A DNA stretch of 63,969 nt, counting the filler, from Dirinaria sp. TL-2023a (taxonomy: Eukaryota), in NCBI GenBank assembly GCA_051941275.1. It is 3 parts of 3 records of this genome, joined end to end, with 100 filler letters (N's around TTAATTAATTAA, not from the genome) between each part and the next. Parts side by side here need not be neighbours in the genome. Positions count along the whole stretch, not along the records: positions 43,358 to 63,969 come from JAVEBF010000280.1; 2 more parts are not named here. The stretch is one strand, 5' to 3'. The notes under the pieces are model-generated. The model was not told the DNA's origin, did no database searches, and worked only from the letters and a program-made list of their open reading frames with translations. Of the stretch, positions 46,901 to 61,505 are shown piece after piece. A program made the position numbers and the translations under genes. Position 1 is the stretch's first letter, and each line of letters opens with the position of its first letter.

Positions 46901-49900
46901 CGCATTTGGGATCATAGCAGTCAACAGACTGTTTTCGACGTTGACTCTGTATGATATATCCATCGTGGCCTTTTTACGATTTATCTTGTAAACGCGTGCG
47001 AAACAGTGAGGCTGGTGAGGCTCCATTGTCGGAGATTGTGCCTTCGATATCAAGATTATGTCCGCCTCGCTGATGCCTAGCTCCTTACCCTCCGGTAGTG
47101 ACATAGTGCTGCTGACCTCAACGAACGAATCGACTGTGAGTCGATTGACCACGTGAATGTCGAAGCATTTATAAGAATTCTCCTCTTTCGACTTCAAAAA
47201 TCCTTGCCACGCTTCCAGGATCAATAACGGCTCAAAGGTGTTTTGGTAGTCGTTGGGTGTGTGGAAGGTACTACTGACTAAGCTGTAATCATTGCGTTCC
47301 GATCTTGGTGGAAAGTCACCATCATGAAAGTATTCCCAGCCGAGGATGGTCTTATGCAGTATGGTCAGATCTGGTGCTAATCTAGCACGCATATCTTTCG
47401 CTGATCTATACTTCCGCGTTTTCTTGACGGGACCTGGCACCTTCGGCTGCTTCAATCGATTTTTCTGATATTCTTTCACCGCTGCAGCGGCCTTAGGTAG
47501 CTTTCCGAACAGGGCTTGATCAACCTCGTCCTCTGAGTCAGCTTCTGAATCTGTTGAGACCATGACGCTGGGGCCTTTTGGATCATGCTCTTTCCCCTGA
47601 ACGCCAAGACTGCCTAGACGCGAATTGCTGTCCACGCTCTTGCCAACAGCATTTTTCTTGAGCAATGCAGCTTGTTCGGCGTCTCTCCTTCTTTTCGCCT
47701 CAATGTCCTTCTTTCGCTTCTCGCTAAATGCTTTGCTATCTGCCAAACGTTTCTCCTCGTATTTCTTGGCCTCGAGAGCCTTGTGGTTTGGCATGAGGTG
47801 GGCCCTTGATTGGACCTGTCCATCATGTTGACGCTGTGAGGACATTTCTATACCTAGTTTCTTGGTCATCTCCACAGACTGGCTGAGTGCAAGGATGTCT
47901 TCATCTAGAACACCCGAGCTTTCAAAGCTATCGTCGTCAGATATTTCGATGGCTTGGGCTTTTGGCTTAGATTTGGATCGCCATAAGTCGATATCAATGA
48001 TTCCGTTCTTTGCTTCCCTTTTCTCTGTCTTTGTGATAGTAGAGGGTCGACGAGCTTCGAGAGTGGCCGACTTCTCAATTTCAGCTTGCGCGGGTACAAT
48101 CGCACGGCCAATGTTCGCCTCTAGTGCTCTAGCCAATTCGGCCTTTTCTTGCGGTGATAGATTAGTTTTTCCCTGAGGTCCACCTCGGACAACCGATTCG
48201 ACAAAATCGCTGGGCTGTTCTGCAAGCCTCATGCTCTTTTCCGTGAGGCGGTCGAGCAGCTTCTTGGTCAGCTTGACGGACATACCCACAAGGTACGTGT
48301 CACGAAGTCTGAGCCATTTCACGATCACTTCCATGGTCCTCGCAGGAGGCTCCAGAAGCCTTTTGGCTACGGACTCTTTCAAAGCATTTTCAAGCCCATC
48401 TTCAAGCCCATCTTCATCTTTTACTCTCACCGCAGACTCTATTGCGCTAGCAAAAACGCTGTACTGATCGAGGACGCGTTCAGACAAGTCCATGGTATCT
48501 CTAACAAATTCTTTCATAACCTCAGGTTCGGCAGCTTGCGCACGACTCCACGACTCGGTCATCTCGTAGATCACAGTGAGGATGGTCCATTGTAGGTCCC
48601 AAAAGTTCTCAAGCGCTTTCTTCTCTTGTTGACGTTGCAAGGATTTCGTGCGGAGCAATCCAGTCTGCGAATCGCAGAGTATCTCAAGGACATCGCTGCA
48701 AGTCTTCAACATTCGTGGGCAAGAAGCATAGGACCTTGTGTGTGCTATGCGACGCATGGATCTTGAAAGACTGTCTAACGTGACTTCGAAGTAAGGCGTC
48801 AAAAGGTGGCGAATGGCCTCTTTTCGTCCGGATTCGAAACTGATACTCTTCATTAAATTCACCCCTGCTTCATAGGTGCTGGCGTCTGGTGAGAACAACG
48901 ATGCTACAAGTGCGGTTGCTGTTGTGGGATGATGGAACAGCTGATCAAGATCCGTAGGATCAAAGTCGTTGATACGCTCGAGCATAAGACACACAAGATG
49001 GGTGAAGTGCCCCAACCTAACATTGAAATCGCTTTTGTACTTCTTGTGAATTACATCTTTCTTGATCTCGAACTTTTCCAATCCGGTCAGGCCGTTGATA
49101 CCACTTAATGCAGCCCTAGCTAAGGGGATATTTCGTTGGTCGAGCTGCTGCACAATAGATTCCCACATCGCAACGGCGTATGAGCAGGTTCCTGGACCGA
49201 CATCCTCTTGGTTACGTAGAGCCTCTTGGTCCGTTCTTAAGCATTTGCATTCCAGCGTCAAGGCCAGCTCGACGACTTCAAAACATTGCTTAGAGCATTG
49301 CTCGTGCCAGGGATCCTTACTAGGCAAAGCTGGTATAGCTAGGATGCGTTGAATGTATGCGCCGGAAACTTCAAGCAATTCTGCAGCGACCACGCGACCA
49401 ACTTGACTTAACCTTGGGTGTTCTTTGTTGCAATTAAGGGATATCCATTTAATGACCTTGAGCCCTGTAACAAAACAGGTGATCCTAGCATCAGACGGAA
49501 TGTTCTCCGCTTGCAGACGATCTAGCAAGTAGGATGTCAGCGTACGACAAGCCTGAGATTGGTGAACTGTTTCTAGTGAAGCGACGAAAGGTCGAATCCA
49601 GTCCAATAAGTCCCGAAGGACGTGATCGTCGGTTGCTTCAGGTAATTTGTGTAGTAATCGAACATATTGTCGGTTGTTGAAGATGTTCTCAATTACTAGA
49701 TGAGGAGAAATCGCACCCATCGCCTCCCAGAAATCCTTTGGTGCAAGTTCCAGGAACCTTTTCAGTGTTTGCAAGAGATACCTGAGTCCTGGCGAATCGT
49801 ATGTTACATGCTCGAGGAAAAGCATGAAGACATCTTTCTGAACCTCCATAGCTCGGAGATAGTGCGTGACAAGGTTGCTGTCAAGTCTCTCGAGGACGAT

Positions 49901-50854
49901 CTGGAGACCTCTCCACAGCCTTTCGATTACAGTTGTGTCAGTTATGATGAAGCTCCACTGATTGAGAGCTTGTGCTAGTGGCCCTCGCACGGCAAAGTCA
50001 AACACATCGCTGGTTAATGTCGAGGGTAAGGCCGCCCAGGTCCTGAAAGCCCAGTGCATCCTTACAGGATCAGGGTCGAATAGAAAAGTCGTGCATCCTG
50101 GTAGAAGGTATTCAACGCGTAGGACCGGCGAATCACGATAATGATCGAAAGGTGTCTGAAAGTGTTGTTGCACACGGGCAGGATCCGAGAGGAAAGCTTC
50201 GCAGCTGAGGGCATCGATCAGAGATTGCCGGGCTGTTAAGTCAGTACACTCGGCATTCTTTTCACTAGTTCCTGAACGGCAAGCATCGGCTACATGGTCA
50301 AGTCGCTGCGCAATGCGGTTAATGTCGTATTCATTCATTGCATTGATAACTCTGGTAAGATCGTCCTGGTCCACGTCTCCCCTAGTACGGTCAGCATGCC
50401 TACAACAGACAGACAAAAGCCAAGACGCTTGTTCAAGGAGCCACTTGGACTTACCGCCGCAGGTCATCGATCCACTGACGCTTATTTTGATAGTAGCCCA
50501 AAATGCATGCGTCGCAACGTGCTAGATTTCTGCCGATTTGGCGGTTTAATAGATCCTCATACGGGCCAGAGTCAGAGCCATCGTAGCTGTAAATGTACAA
50601 ACAAGTGCGGAATTCTTGGTTTCGATATTCAAGCGTGCTGACGTTTGCATGCCCAAATTCTGTTTCTTCCTGCTTAACAGGGACTAGGCCATCCTCGAGT
50701 TGCTCACTGGTCCGTGGACAAAACCAATGCGTTTCTGGCGGCAGACTCTCAAAAAAGCTGATATCATAAGCAGGGAACTCTTGGTAGTAATGCACAAATG
50801 TGGCAGGCATCTTTACCTGAAAGCTTGCAGCAATTCCTCGTTACTTGGCGTCAT
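43951..50854 (-). CDS. SEN1: Sen1 RNA/DNA helicase (UPF1-like SF1) with SEN1_N domain and three C-terminal CCHC zinc knuckles
   Basis: HWFCPR N-terminus, KDMRARLAPDL..LHKTILGW, YQNTFEPLLILEAWQ, FTLIQG|PPGSGKTKTIV, LVCAPSNAAVDEL, IIDEAAQ, LVGDPKQLPPT, LDTQYRMHP, DAFQGRE and RRMNVGITRAK. Introns near 50760-50816, 50367-50453, 46614-46664 and ~44281-44330. Confidence 0.95.
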
Positions 50855-52177
50855 CCTGAGCTAGTCATAGAACGCTTCTAATTAGGAGGATTTGATACTC
50901 CTGGACAGGCGATGACAGGTTTATGAGATTGGGGTCGTCGAAATGAAGGAAATGAGCACTATGTAATGTTCTGTAAATTTCGTGTAATCGCTGATGCCGA
51001 AAGAAGTGTGGTGGGAAGAGTGGCAAGGGTAGATGAGGTTATGAGTGAGAAATGCATGAGAAAGTAGTGCTCTCAAAAGGCTCAACTATCGTTCATCGCA
51101 TTTGATGCTCGCATGCTCGAATGCTCGATCTATGATGACTTTGATATGAGTTAGTAGAGAGGGATATACGCTGATGCTTGCATGTATCATTTGTCCCTTA
51201 GGATGCTTAAATACATGCGGGAAGCCGAGGGACGCGGAACACCGACGCGGGTGCCTTGGGCCGTGTTGGGCTTAGTGTGAAGCCCGACCCAGCAATCAGC
51301 ATCAAATGTGAAGCTTGCATCACTTTAGGACATCTTGGCATTCACCTAAATAAGGTACTTAAGCACAACAAGCACAAGAAGAGAATAATAATGCAAAGAT
51401 CAATCATCACCTTACTTATTCACACTCCATGTTAACTAAACCCGGTGGATTTCCAAGTAACCTAACACCATGACTCTCCAATCTATAAGTTGCTAATATC
51501 TGACTTATAGATTATTTGTGACCGAGTATGAGATCTTTGAATTATTAGATCATCCATCCTTCAAATCGATTTCATTGAACTAGCACTGGAAATATAGGAA
51601 GGAACTCTCCATCGAGTCAATATCTCCTACTTCCAATAAGCGCAATTCATTTGATCTCAGATTGTCAATCATGATACCGTTATATTCAAGAGGTAGTGTG
51701 TATCTTTTTTAAGGTCTGAGCCTATAGCCTGACACTGGTGTGAGTCTATATGAATAAGCAGAACCTGGGTTACTCGGTTGGTGTGAGCTTTTATGAAGGT
51801 AGCGTCTGAATCATCTAATCCGGTTTGTGAAGGCAACGTAAGATACTATATCTACTGAATGAGGCGCAGAAGAATTCCGCCTCCCATTTGCCGCTATACC
51901 GATGTCGGTACGGAAAATACCAAGGCACCTTACTCTGGATACTCGGCTAGCGCCGTTCGGTCAAACCCCCTGCCATTCAACAAGAACAACGCTCTTTTGC
52001 CAATGGACGCCACGCAATCGAAAAACTCAACGCCAATCCGCGATGCCGCCAAACGGTAAAGTGCTCAATGCAAATATTTCGAAATGGAGGTATCTCGTGC
52101 GTAATGCGGTATTTACAATCAAAGGAATGCTATAAGACTGAACTTAATAAAGGGAATGGCATCATCAAAACGTGATA

Positions 52178-55100
52178 CTACCGTAACCCTGATGGCCCGT
52201 GCACGGATCTTGTCGGCGAATGTACGGGCGAGTGGCTCGATTCCATCCTCGTTAGCAAAGCCGCAGAAGTGAAATCGTTGCTCGCTTCGTAACTTGGCCG
52301 GATCCGGTCCATCGAATTACGCATTCGATCGAATGACGGTCGTGGCCGATCGAGAGATGGCCTCGTGGGCCGCTCAAGAGAAAGCCGGGCCCCTGTGTAA
52401 TCCGTGCCGTCGCTGCCGTTCTGGCTTCGTGGGTTATGGGTAGTGCCTGTAGGAGCGACCGACGGTGGATATATCGGCCTTTCGTCATCGGCCAGAGGTG
52501 CAGGTCCGCCTTGATTTGATCTAATGGGTTGTGAAATCTCGGATGATGATGGCGAAGATACGGCTTTGGGGGGTACGTAAGCTTCGTACTGATCAAGATA
52601 CGAAAATTTTCCTTGTCGTATTTGCTCTCGGACAATATCCACATCGTAGGGCACGAACACTTTCTGAAAGGCCTTGACAGTGAACCTTGGCAGGAGGCAG
52701 ATAGATATGGTGAGCAGTGTCTGAAGCCAGAACGTGAGTTGGCCGTAGGTCTGGGGCGCTGCCTTGTAGAAATACGCAGAGCTTGTGAATGCAGAGTAGA
52801 CTCCGGTCCACCACCAGATGAGCAGGATGCTGATAGTGACAAGTACAAGCATTAACCAGTCCCACCGATAAGTGTTGAGCAAGATGTAGATGTTGACAAC
52901 GGCTATGGTAGCACAAGCCACGTAAACGCCGACCCGTTTTTGGTCATCGATGGAGAGTCCGTTGTCGGTGACGAAGTTCGCAGGTCGAAATACAAGATAG
53001 GCCATAAAAAAACAAATTACGGATTGATAGATGCCGTCGGCCATATAGAGCCTGCGAGTATTAGATGATGCACAATTCTCAGGAGCAAAACGCCTACCAG
53101 AACTTGCGTTGGGTCCACTCTTTACGTTCGATGCCTCTCCGGTATAGCTGAGGCACAGCTAACGATACCTTATCGTTGACATCTTGGTCGAGGACCCCCA
53201 TGGCAATGACGGCGAGGGATGTGAATACGAGGTTGACCAAGAGTATGTAGGTATAGTCGAAGAGATATGTAGTGTCGAAGTCGTTAGATAACTGGTACCA
53301 GAAGAGCGCGAAAGTCCACACGATGTTCTGCGGGTCATCAGTAAGGATTTGCGATGGCCGTAGGTTGTATAGCGAACTTCTGACTTACCTTGTAGAAGAA
53401 ATTCGCGATGGATTCTGCTAGTCGCCGGTAAGACCAACGCCCGTGAACTAAGATTAATCTTTGCAGGAAGCGGAATTGGCCAATTGCATAGTCAGACGAC
53501 ATGACAGCTTGCCTTCCTTCCTCTCCTGCAATACCTACGCCAACGTCGGCTTGCTGTATCATGGCCACGTCATTAGCTCCATCTCCCACAGAGAGTGTCA
53601 TGACATCAAGTCCACTTTTTACTAGTTGCACTACGGCCGCCTTTTGCGCAGGGCTTACTCGGCAACACAGAACAGCTTTGCATTGCTTGCAGAGCAGCAA
53701 GAACTTTTGACGTAAGCTGTCATCGAGCACCAGTCCTAGCGTATCGCCATCTATAACAATGGCATGAGTTGGTCCAGGCGGTTCGTGATTCTTGCGGGCA
53801 GCCTGCAACTCTTCATCCGACCCTGTGATACCAAACGCATTGAGGTGCTTGCCAAGTTCAGTTGTAGCGGATTCCAAATTCCCATCTTCAATACAGAAGA
53901 CAATCAGATCCATATCATTGTTTAGCAGGTTGCAGGAGAAGCCAATGTTGATAGCAGTCTCAACCTTATCCCCAGTCAGAACCCAGAGCTTGATACCAGC
54001 GTCACCGAGCAGAGCAATCGTGTCAGGAACCCCATCCTGTAAGCGGTCTTCAATGGCAGTCCCTCCCAGAAGTGTCAGGTCTCTTTCCATCACATCAGAG
54101 ACTTTCTCGAGCTTGTCTTCCCGATCGACAATAGCTGCGGCGGCCACATCGTGCTCTTCGTTCCACTTCTGGTACTCTTGTTCATCAAGCTCTTTTTGCG
54201 CGATGCAAAGTGTTCGCAATCCTTCACGAGCAAACATTTCTAGGTGCTCGGCTGTACTTTTCCGCAGCTGAGACTGTTCACCGCGTTTCAGCCGTGAATA
54301 GATAACGCTATCAGCGCCTTTGCAGAACAAGATAATCTTCCCATCGGGCATGCGGATGATGGCGCTCATGCGTTTCCTGGACGAGTTGAATTCGAGGGTG
54401 TTGAGCACCTTATATTCTCTGTCCTCGCCCATGACGTTGAGGAGTATACCATCACTAGAGCGCCCAATCACCGTAAAGCCACAGTCGCGCGCAGTCGCGA
54501 CTAGAGCAGCCTCATCTGGAGATTGTGCTTTGAACTCGATCTTCGGTGGATCACCTGGTGTTCGTTCAGTGATAACTGTGTGACATAGAGCAAGAGCGAG
54601 CATGAATTGTTCGTTTGCCATCCTTTGTGCCTGCCCAGAGGACCCATCCAAATCATTGACAAAGTCCGGGGCGACAAACGTCAGGTCATCGTCACGCAGG
54701 TAGGGGTTGTTGTGCATCTTGCGCAGGTCTTTCAGCATCTTGATACGGTCTTCGGCGATCTGTTTGTGAGCTTTGGCGCCTTCCTCCTCAATGTCGATGC
54801 CTTGTCGCCTTTGCATGCCGGCTTGAGCTTCTGTATAAGCCTCGCCATAGGGGACCCCATTGATGCTACACTTCTTGAACTCCATGACATTCTGTGTCAG
54901 TGTGCCGGTCTTGTCAGAGAATATGTATTCGATTTGACCAACGTCGTCCGATATATTCCAGGACTTCGGTGTGCACGGATAATCGATTTTTTCGTAGTAC
55001 ATGAATGTATCACTGTAGATGAAGAACGCTTGGAGCGTTCGGACGATCTCGAGGGAGATATATAAGGATATCGGGACCAAATTTTGGAAAAGGATCACGC

Positions 55101-56902
55101 AACTCCAGAAGGTAATAAAACCATCGAGTGCAGGGCTACTTGCAATGGCCCCAAATTCGAAGAACGTGAATGAGTTGTCGCTCTGAGACCATGTCACGCC
55201 TTGAATAATCCCAGAGACCAGGCACATGAAGAACAGTATGACAAAATTGTATATGACATTCCAATTCAGCTCTCTCGCGATACGTGAGCGCTTGCTGGGG
55301 GTAAATCCGGAATTGAGCATGATCTTTGTCTCCTGGCCAGTGAAGACAACAACCGCAAGGACCCACTCTGTGTTGCGGAGGCTACATCCTCGCAAGAGCA
55401 GATTATTGATTGAGATGGGCTCAGCCATATCTTTCCCTGGCTCTCCCGGGTTTTTGATATCGCGCTGTGTCCACCTTGCCGCACCGTTGTATTGATATAG
55501 ATTTGCATGCGGTGGCTCGCTCTCAATCACAAACTCAGCTTGTTCGCAATGCTTTGCATGCTTTAGCTGGCGACCGCTGTGGAGAGCTTGTCGGACTTTG
55601 AGATTTGTCTCGCCATCTAGATTTTTTGTCTCAACATAGCAAGCCCCGTCTGGATCTGACGTCGCAAGGATGACCACGTCCGCAGGCACCTGGTCTTCGT
55701 TGTATATGCGTACAAAATCACCAACTTTGACACTTTTCCAATAGTCCTTGACGAATCGAGCTTTGCCTGGAGCTGACTTTAAAGGATTGAGGAGACTGCC
55801 ATAGAATTTTGTTGGTATAGAGTCGCCAAGATCTTGGTCGCTGTGGCCTCGTGCACCGAGTTCGTCATCTTCTCCTCTCAGCGTGAGGTCGCTCTTCTGA
55901 TACGAAAATGCTGACACTGGCCGTTGTGCGCCTTCACCATGCGCTACCTCGAGCTTCCGGTCATGGCCTGGCTGAGGCGATGGTACAGGTGTCATCTGTA
56001 TACCTTCTTCACCAATTCCACTATTGATCGAATGAAAGGAAGTACGCGAGGAAGCCCGCGAATGGCCAATCGAGCGGCTTGTGTCTGCCGAAACCCGAGG
56101 CTCATCCAAGGCTCGCTGGACAAAGCCGTTGCCATGTTCAGGTTTTTTACCCATCTTGGCCTTGCCAAACCTATAAGTGGAGATAATTCCTCGAGTTGTG
56201 GCTTTCTTGATCCTTCGCCAAAGGGAAATGTCATCGTCAGAAACGTTGACATTGTGCCAGTCGACCAAACGTTGCACTGGCAAGTTGTTCAGCTCGTTGT
56301 CCAACACAGTTCTCCGCCAATCCTCTATGGCTTCTTTCACAGCGGTCAGGAAGAGAATAACAATTAGTGGCACCGCGCTCAAACCCGGATTAGGGTTACC
56401 GAAGATTTGGAAGATCTGCAAAGGATGATACGTTAGTGGTAGAGGTTGGAACTGAGAAGAGGTCCCTTACCCCCAGGATGATAACAAACAAGAAGTAGAT
56501 GTTGGCGACATTGTGAAATTGAAACCACAGATTTTTGGGGATGAAACTCAAGGGTGTATATTTAGCCGTCCGAATCTTGTTCCTGCTGAATTTTGTGATC
56601 GGCCGCCCTTCTTCGTCCTTAGCATCGCTCGGCAGAGGGATGTTGAAAAAGATCCGCCGCTGCGACTCTTCCTGTTCGTCACCATCCTCTGAACCATCGC
56701 CGTCCTGTGCCTGGACCCCATGGTGTGACGCTTCGCCGGACGCTCTTTTTTTCTCCGTTGAGCCCGATCTCCTGTGTAGTCGATCAATAATTCCATGGCG
56801 CTTCTTCCCCGCGCCTGAGCCGGTGACTCTTTGGGTAGCCCATCGTATCCGCTTGATCGGATTTGAAACATTGCTTTGTTCTTGATATGGCTGGATCGCC
56901 AT
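52178..56902 (-). CDS. DNF1: P4-type ATPase phospholipid flippase (Dnf1/Dnf2-type), 4 exons
   Basis: RNKIRTAKYTPLSFIPKNL, ETKNLDGETNLK, LVPISLYIS, IFSDKTGTLTQN, AQSPDEAALV, KGADS, WVLTGDKVETAINIG, CCRVSPAQKA, GDGANDVAMIQ and HGRWSYRR. Confidence 0.95.
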
Positions 56903-58054
56903 CGTTATGACGGTGGACCCGACGTGGCGTGGTCATCCAGGCTCTACTGATGTCGGATCTGTGAAGGCGAGCACGGCGCCTACAAATAGAGTCGCTTTGA
57001 CATTAAACAAGCCCGTGTTCAGACGGTGAGTGGGTGAATATTGCTTTTCCCCACTGCTTCCACTGGTAAGCAGGGGTATGGGCGTGTTCCGTACCGTCGA
57101 GCTTCAGAACAAAGTAGACAAGTCAGTGGTTGCGGCAGAACAAGACTGCAGCAGGTGGCGCGGAGGTCAGACTCTATGGTTGAGATGGATATTCTGCGCT
57201 GGACATGAACATTGAGGATGGCAGGAAGGCGTACCGTGGACTTCGTATTCTTGGACGAGACAATTGAAGGCCCAGGTGAGCCAGGTTAGGTCCGACTGTT
57301 GGAGCCGACGCCGACGCCGAGTTTACGGGCAGTCGGCGGATTTTAGCGAGCCCTTGCAAAAAATACCTTATGTAATGACGGACCCTCGGAACTTGATCAG
57401 CCTCCGACAACCCCTCGAACGCTTTCCGCTGGCAAACACATATAAAGAGCAATGCACAAGCAATCCTTTGTAAGCTGAGCAATGAGTGCAAACAATTTTT
57501 ATGGCGAGTTCAGCCTGTTGCATGCCTGATAGTAAGATTACAATCTTGTATGTCGCAAGAGAACTTGAGTTGGGCGTAACGTGTCGAAGGGGCTGATCTG
57601 GCCGTTGTTTGAGATATGAGTCTATTAATCTAAGGCACTGCCCAGTCAGCTTACTACTGCGCGCTGACCAAGACAAACAGAAGGCTTCAATACAAAATAC
57701 TCCAGCTGTACTACCAGCTGAGTCCATGCTTCAGCTGACCTTACCCTCAAGGAGATGATCTTACCTTAACTCCGTACCTCTTATGCTTAGAGCTGCCTGG
57801 GGCGAACTTATGCAGGTTTGCACAATTTGTATCAGTAGCATAAAGTTCATACATTAAACTCGATTGAGACGAAGTACCCTGCTCTTCATTTGTTCCGCTT
57901 ACAAATATCTTAAGTAATAAGAGTTCCCACGCCTAAGGGAAGCTTGAACACATGTGACTTGGCGGACCATTCGCATCGCGCGCACCATGTCGCGCTTGCT
58001 CAACACTGACCCACCATTTATTGCCATGCTCTAGCTGCTCTTGATAAATGCGAC

Positions 58055-60499
58055 ATGGCCACTTATAGAAATTCGAGCATCACTGAATTCTTCAAGCACT
58101 CAACCTTAACACGGTCAGCCAAGCGTCCTGCTCCGGACAGCGATATCGAATCGTCAGGACGCCGGCAAAAATCACGCTCAGTAAGCCCAAAGAGTGGCCA
58201 AATCTCGAGGCGAGAGCAAGCTTCTGCAAAGGAACAGGCCCAAGAGCCTTCTCGCAGCTCAGCTGGGCTATTGAACGATGTCAACAGCAATGTTGCAGCG
58301 CCATTCCCACGTTATGAAGCAACCAGTATCCAAGACGATAACGTCCAGAAATCGCAAAAGACTGTCTCTGAGGCGTCAACTTTATCTAGCTCGCAAGGGC
58401 CCATCATCACAAGTAGTCAACGTATAGTCAAGAACGGCCAAGTCGTGATAAGGAATTCGGATGACGAGGACTCGGATTCAGACGCGTCGCTGAGGGACAT
58501 TGATGAAATACTCAAGTCTCGCAAAGCCGCTGCTGAAGCTACGTCTACTCCTCTTACTGAGCCAGAATCCTCAATCCTAACACCAGTCGGCTCGTGTACT
58601 TCTGAGCCAGACAACGAGCCTATGCCCAGGACGCGAGCTTCTGCTGGGACTAGGAAAGCCACGCGATCGACATCCACTTCACCACGAGTACCGCGATACA
58701 AATTTGATTTACATTCTTTGGTCAAGAGAAGTAAAAAAGATGAGATTTCCGAAGCTGGAATGTCTAAGGCAAAAAGTGCGTTGGAGAACATAGGGCGGCT
58801 TGAAGGATCGGCGGCTGAAGAAGCAAACGAAGGAGTAATACATGCAACAACGATCAATCCAGGCATGATCAGATCAGTAATGAAGAGTCACGGGGACAGC
58901 GGTGAGGCTAATCGATTGATGATGGCAATCCAGCGGACAGAGGCCCTGCAGATGGAGAAGTCTTGGTCTTTCTTCGAGGCTAACGAGGAACCTTGGGATA
59001 TTGAACAGCCACCTTTAACACATTCTGCAACTCGTTCTTGGCATCACATGCTCGAGGGTTGGTTTACTATTGACATTTGTCAAGCCTGTCCACTAACGAG
59101 ATGCAGATCAATCTTCCCGTCAGCAGTTGTTCTTGGGCGGTTTTATGGGTGATATAGCTATAAACGGCGACCTTCCAGACGAATTGCTGCTCTGGCTTGT
59201 CAACGCTGGTATGTTCTCCAATGACTGATGACTAGTTCCGCTAAGATCAGAGCCTGACCGACGGCACACAGTATCTGTTGAAACGAGAGAGGACCTAAGG
59301 TACTCTTATAACCATACGCTCAAGGTTCGTCTGCCCGCGGTTGTTGGATTCCTAGTACCTATGCTTAAAAATCGAATAGGATGCGGCAAGAGAGGTAGGC
59401 TCACTTATTGAACCATGCCGGATCAATACGCTGTTCCAAAACATCGGGGCTAGACGTGAAGCACTGAATGTGGAGAAAACGGTGGTCGCGGTGCCGCGAG
59501 CTTCCCGTAGTAAGCAGTTTACAGCCAGCTTTGGATTCTGAGCTTACTCGTTCTTAGAGGGAGCATACATCCCTCACCGTCCGCGATTATTATCTGTACT
59601 AAAGCTCCTGAGGGACATTGCGCCCCAGTAAGTCTAGCAAGCGAGCCTACAGCGTCGAGTTGCACGGCTGATGCAAGCTGCTTTAGTCTTAATCAGCTGG
59701 CCCGAAGACACACAGTTTGCCTTCTCTGCCGCTTGCTGATAGATCATAACCTATCCCACGACCAATCCTCTAATCTAGCAATCGAAGAAGCTTTTGGGGG
59801 TCTCATCGACCCAATGTCAGACGACGAAATAGAGAATCAGGTGAATGAGGCATTTGTGCGGAGAAGAGAGTTTGCTAATCTTGCAACTTCCAGTCTCCTG
59901 AATCCTTGACCACAATTTATAATACTGTGACTGATCTAAGCCTCCGCTCTCAGCTTATACATAAGCTCCCTGCAACCTCGCCGCGATTGACCCTCCTTAG
60001 GCGTCGTCTATCCTTGGCGTTCTTCTTCCAAAACCCAGCCTACCTTTCCAAGCCACAGGATGAATTAGTGACACTTGGCTACGTGTCGCATCATTTGAAA
60101 ACAGAAAAGTACATGATTGGAATAGAGACTGGCTTTGCTGAGCTCGGCGCCATGGTCGTGCTGCTTAACGTAGGGGTTGACAATGGTGATCCTCCGCCCG
60201 GTGGAATCGATAACCCTGATCATAAAGTATTCGATAAGGAAGTGGACGAGCTGTCGTACGTCGTCAAATCAATGTCAAACCAGATAAAAGACGCCGGAGC
60301 TTTACAGACGAAAAAGACCGAGGCCAAGGAAATCTTAGAGGATTTCAATGCCAGACTCATGTACGCCGTTCGAACAACTATCAAATCAGAGCAGATGTTT
60401 GGAGAACGCAAGATCAAGGAATGCTTCCAAAAAACAAAGGAGCCACAGAATACTACCAGGGAAATGAGCAACGGGGTCGTGGATGTTGGAAGTAGGTGA
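58055..60499 (+). CDS. Conserved multi-exon nuclear protein, possibly Nse6/SLF2 (CANIN-domain)-like Smc5/6 factor
   Basis: Disordered Ser-rich N-terminus (ITEFFK...IRNSDDEDSD), RYKFDLHSLVK, AIQRTEAL..EKSWSFF, LPDELLLWL, and a helical C-terminus LLRRRLSLAFFF...KTEAKEILE...RLMYAVRT, with several short introns between 59058 and 59893. The family call is from recollection only. Confidence 0.55.
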
Positions 60500-60708
60500 T
60501 TGCTCAGGCCTCAAAGCACAGCGCGGGGTCCAAGGACTTATTAAATCTTTGGTTTTGATGCGTCACGCGCAAATCATACCAATTGTACATGTATCGCAGT
60601 AAGAGAAGTCCTCTCCTGTCAAGCAGCGAGCCATACCGGCCACCGCTCCTGTAGAAAGCGCATGGGACGCGAAAAAATCCTGCAAATAACGCGAACAAGC
60701 TCAAGCAC

Positions 60709-61505
60709 TCAATCATAGAATCTCCGATTCTCGTTTTTCCCAAATAAGCTTGTTCGGACCATAGGTAGAGCGTCACTTTCGAGGAGTCTCAGCCGTTCAT
60801 CGAGGGTGTTGTTGATGTCAATCTTGCCTGCGCCACCGACAATCGAGCATCCGCCGGAGCTGTAGCAGTCAGTGAGCCGTTACCTGCAACACGGATAGGC
60901 AGTCTCTTACGATCCCTCGGGCTGGGGATTTTTCTCGTCCAACACGATATCAATATCCCTGCTCAAGTTGTCCTTGTATTCTTTCTTCGCCCCCTCGATT
61001 GCCTTCTTCACGACCTCGTAATCGGCCTTCCGCGCCCTGACTCCGATCTTATCCTCGTTTAAAGCATATGCCCCCTCCAGTATCAGGTTCTTGCACATTT
61101 CTTGGTACTTTGACTTGTCGCTCGCATAACCGGACAGCTTCCCCCTTGCCTTCTCGAACAGCTCATCCAGCAGCTCTTGCCGTGCACTGAGCACTTTTAA
61201 CCGGGTTTTGTTCGCGAGGGTGGAGCGGGTGATCTGCTGGGACATGGATGCTTGCTTGAATTTCTTCTCGTACTGGCTGTCGATGGACGAGGTTTCCTGG
61301 CGAACCAGCTTGGACTTTTCAATTGCGAATTCTTCGTCCGCTTTGATTTGGATCTCCTTGGCTTTCTCGAGAGCTTCCTGGCGGATGAACGCGGTCATTT
61401 TTTTCAGCTCCCCCGCCACCTAGAAGTATATGGATTAGACATTGGGACATGGCAGGTTGAAATTGAGAGCGAATTCACCTGGTCGTCCGACATAGCGTGT
61501 GACAT
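60709..61505 (-). CDS. VMA4: V-type H+-ATPase subunit E, 3 exons
   Basis: MSHAMSDDQ|VAGELKKMTAFIRQEALEKAKEIQIKADEEFAIEKSKLVRQE...RLKVLSARQE...|SGG..IVGGAGKIDINNTLDERLRLL...LFGKNENRRFYD-TGA. Confidence 0.96.

Noticed and set aside
51480..51513. 11-bp-stem hairpin AATCTATAAGT...ACTTATAGATT between DNF1 and SEN1
   Set aside because: AT-rich and isolated, with no TSD or other element features. It could be chance.
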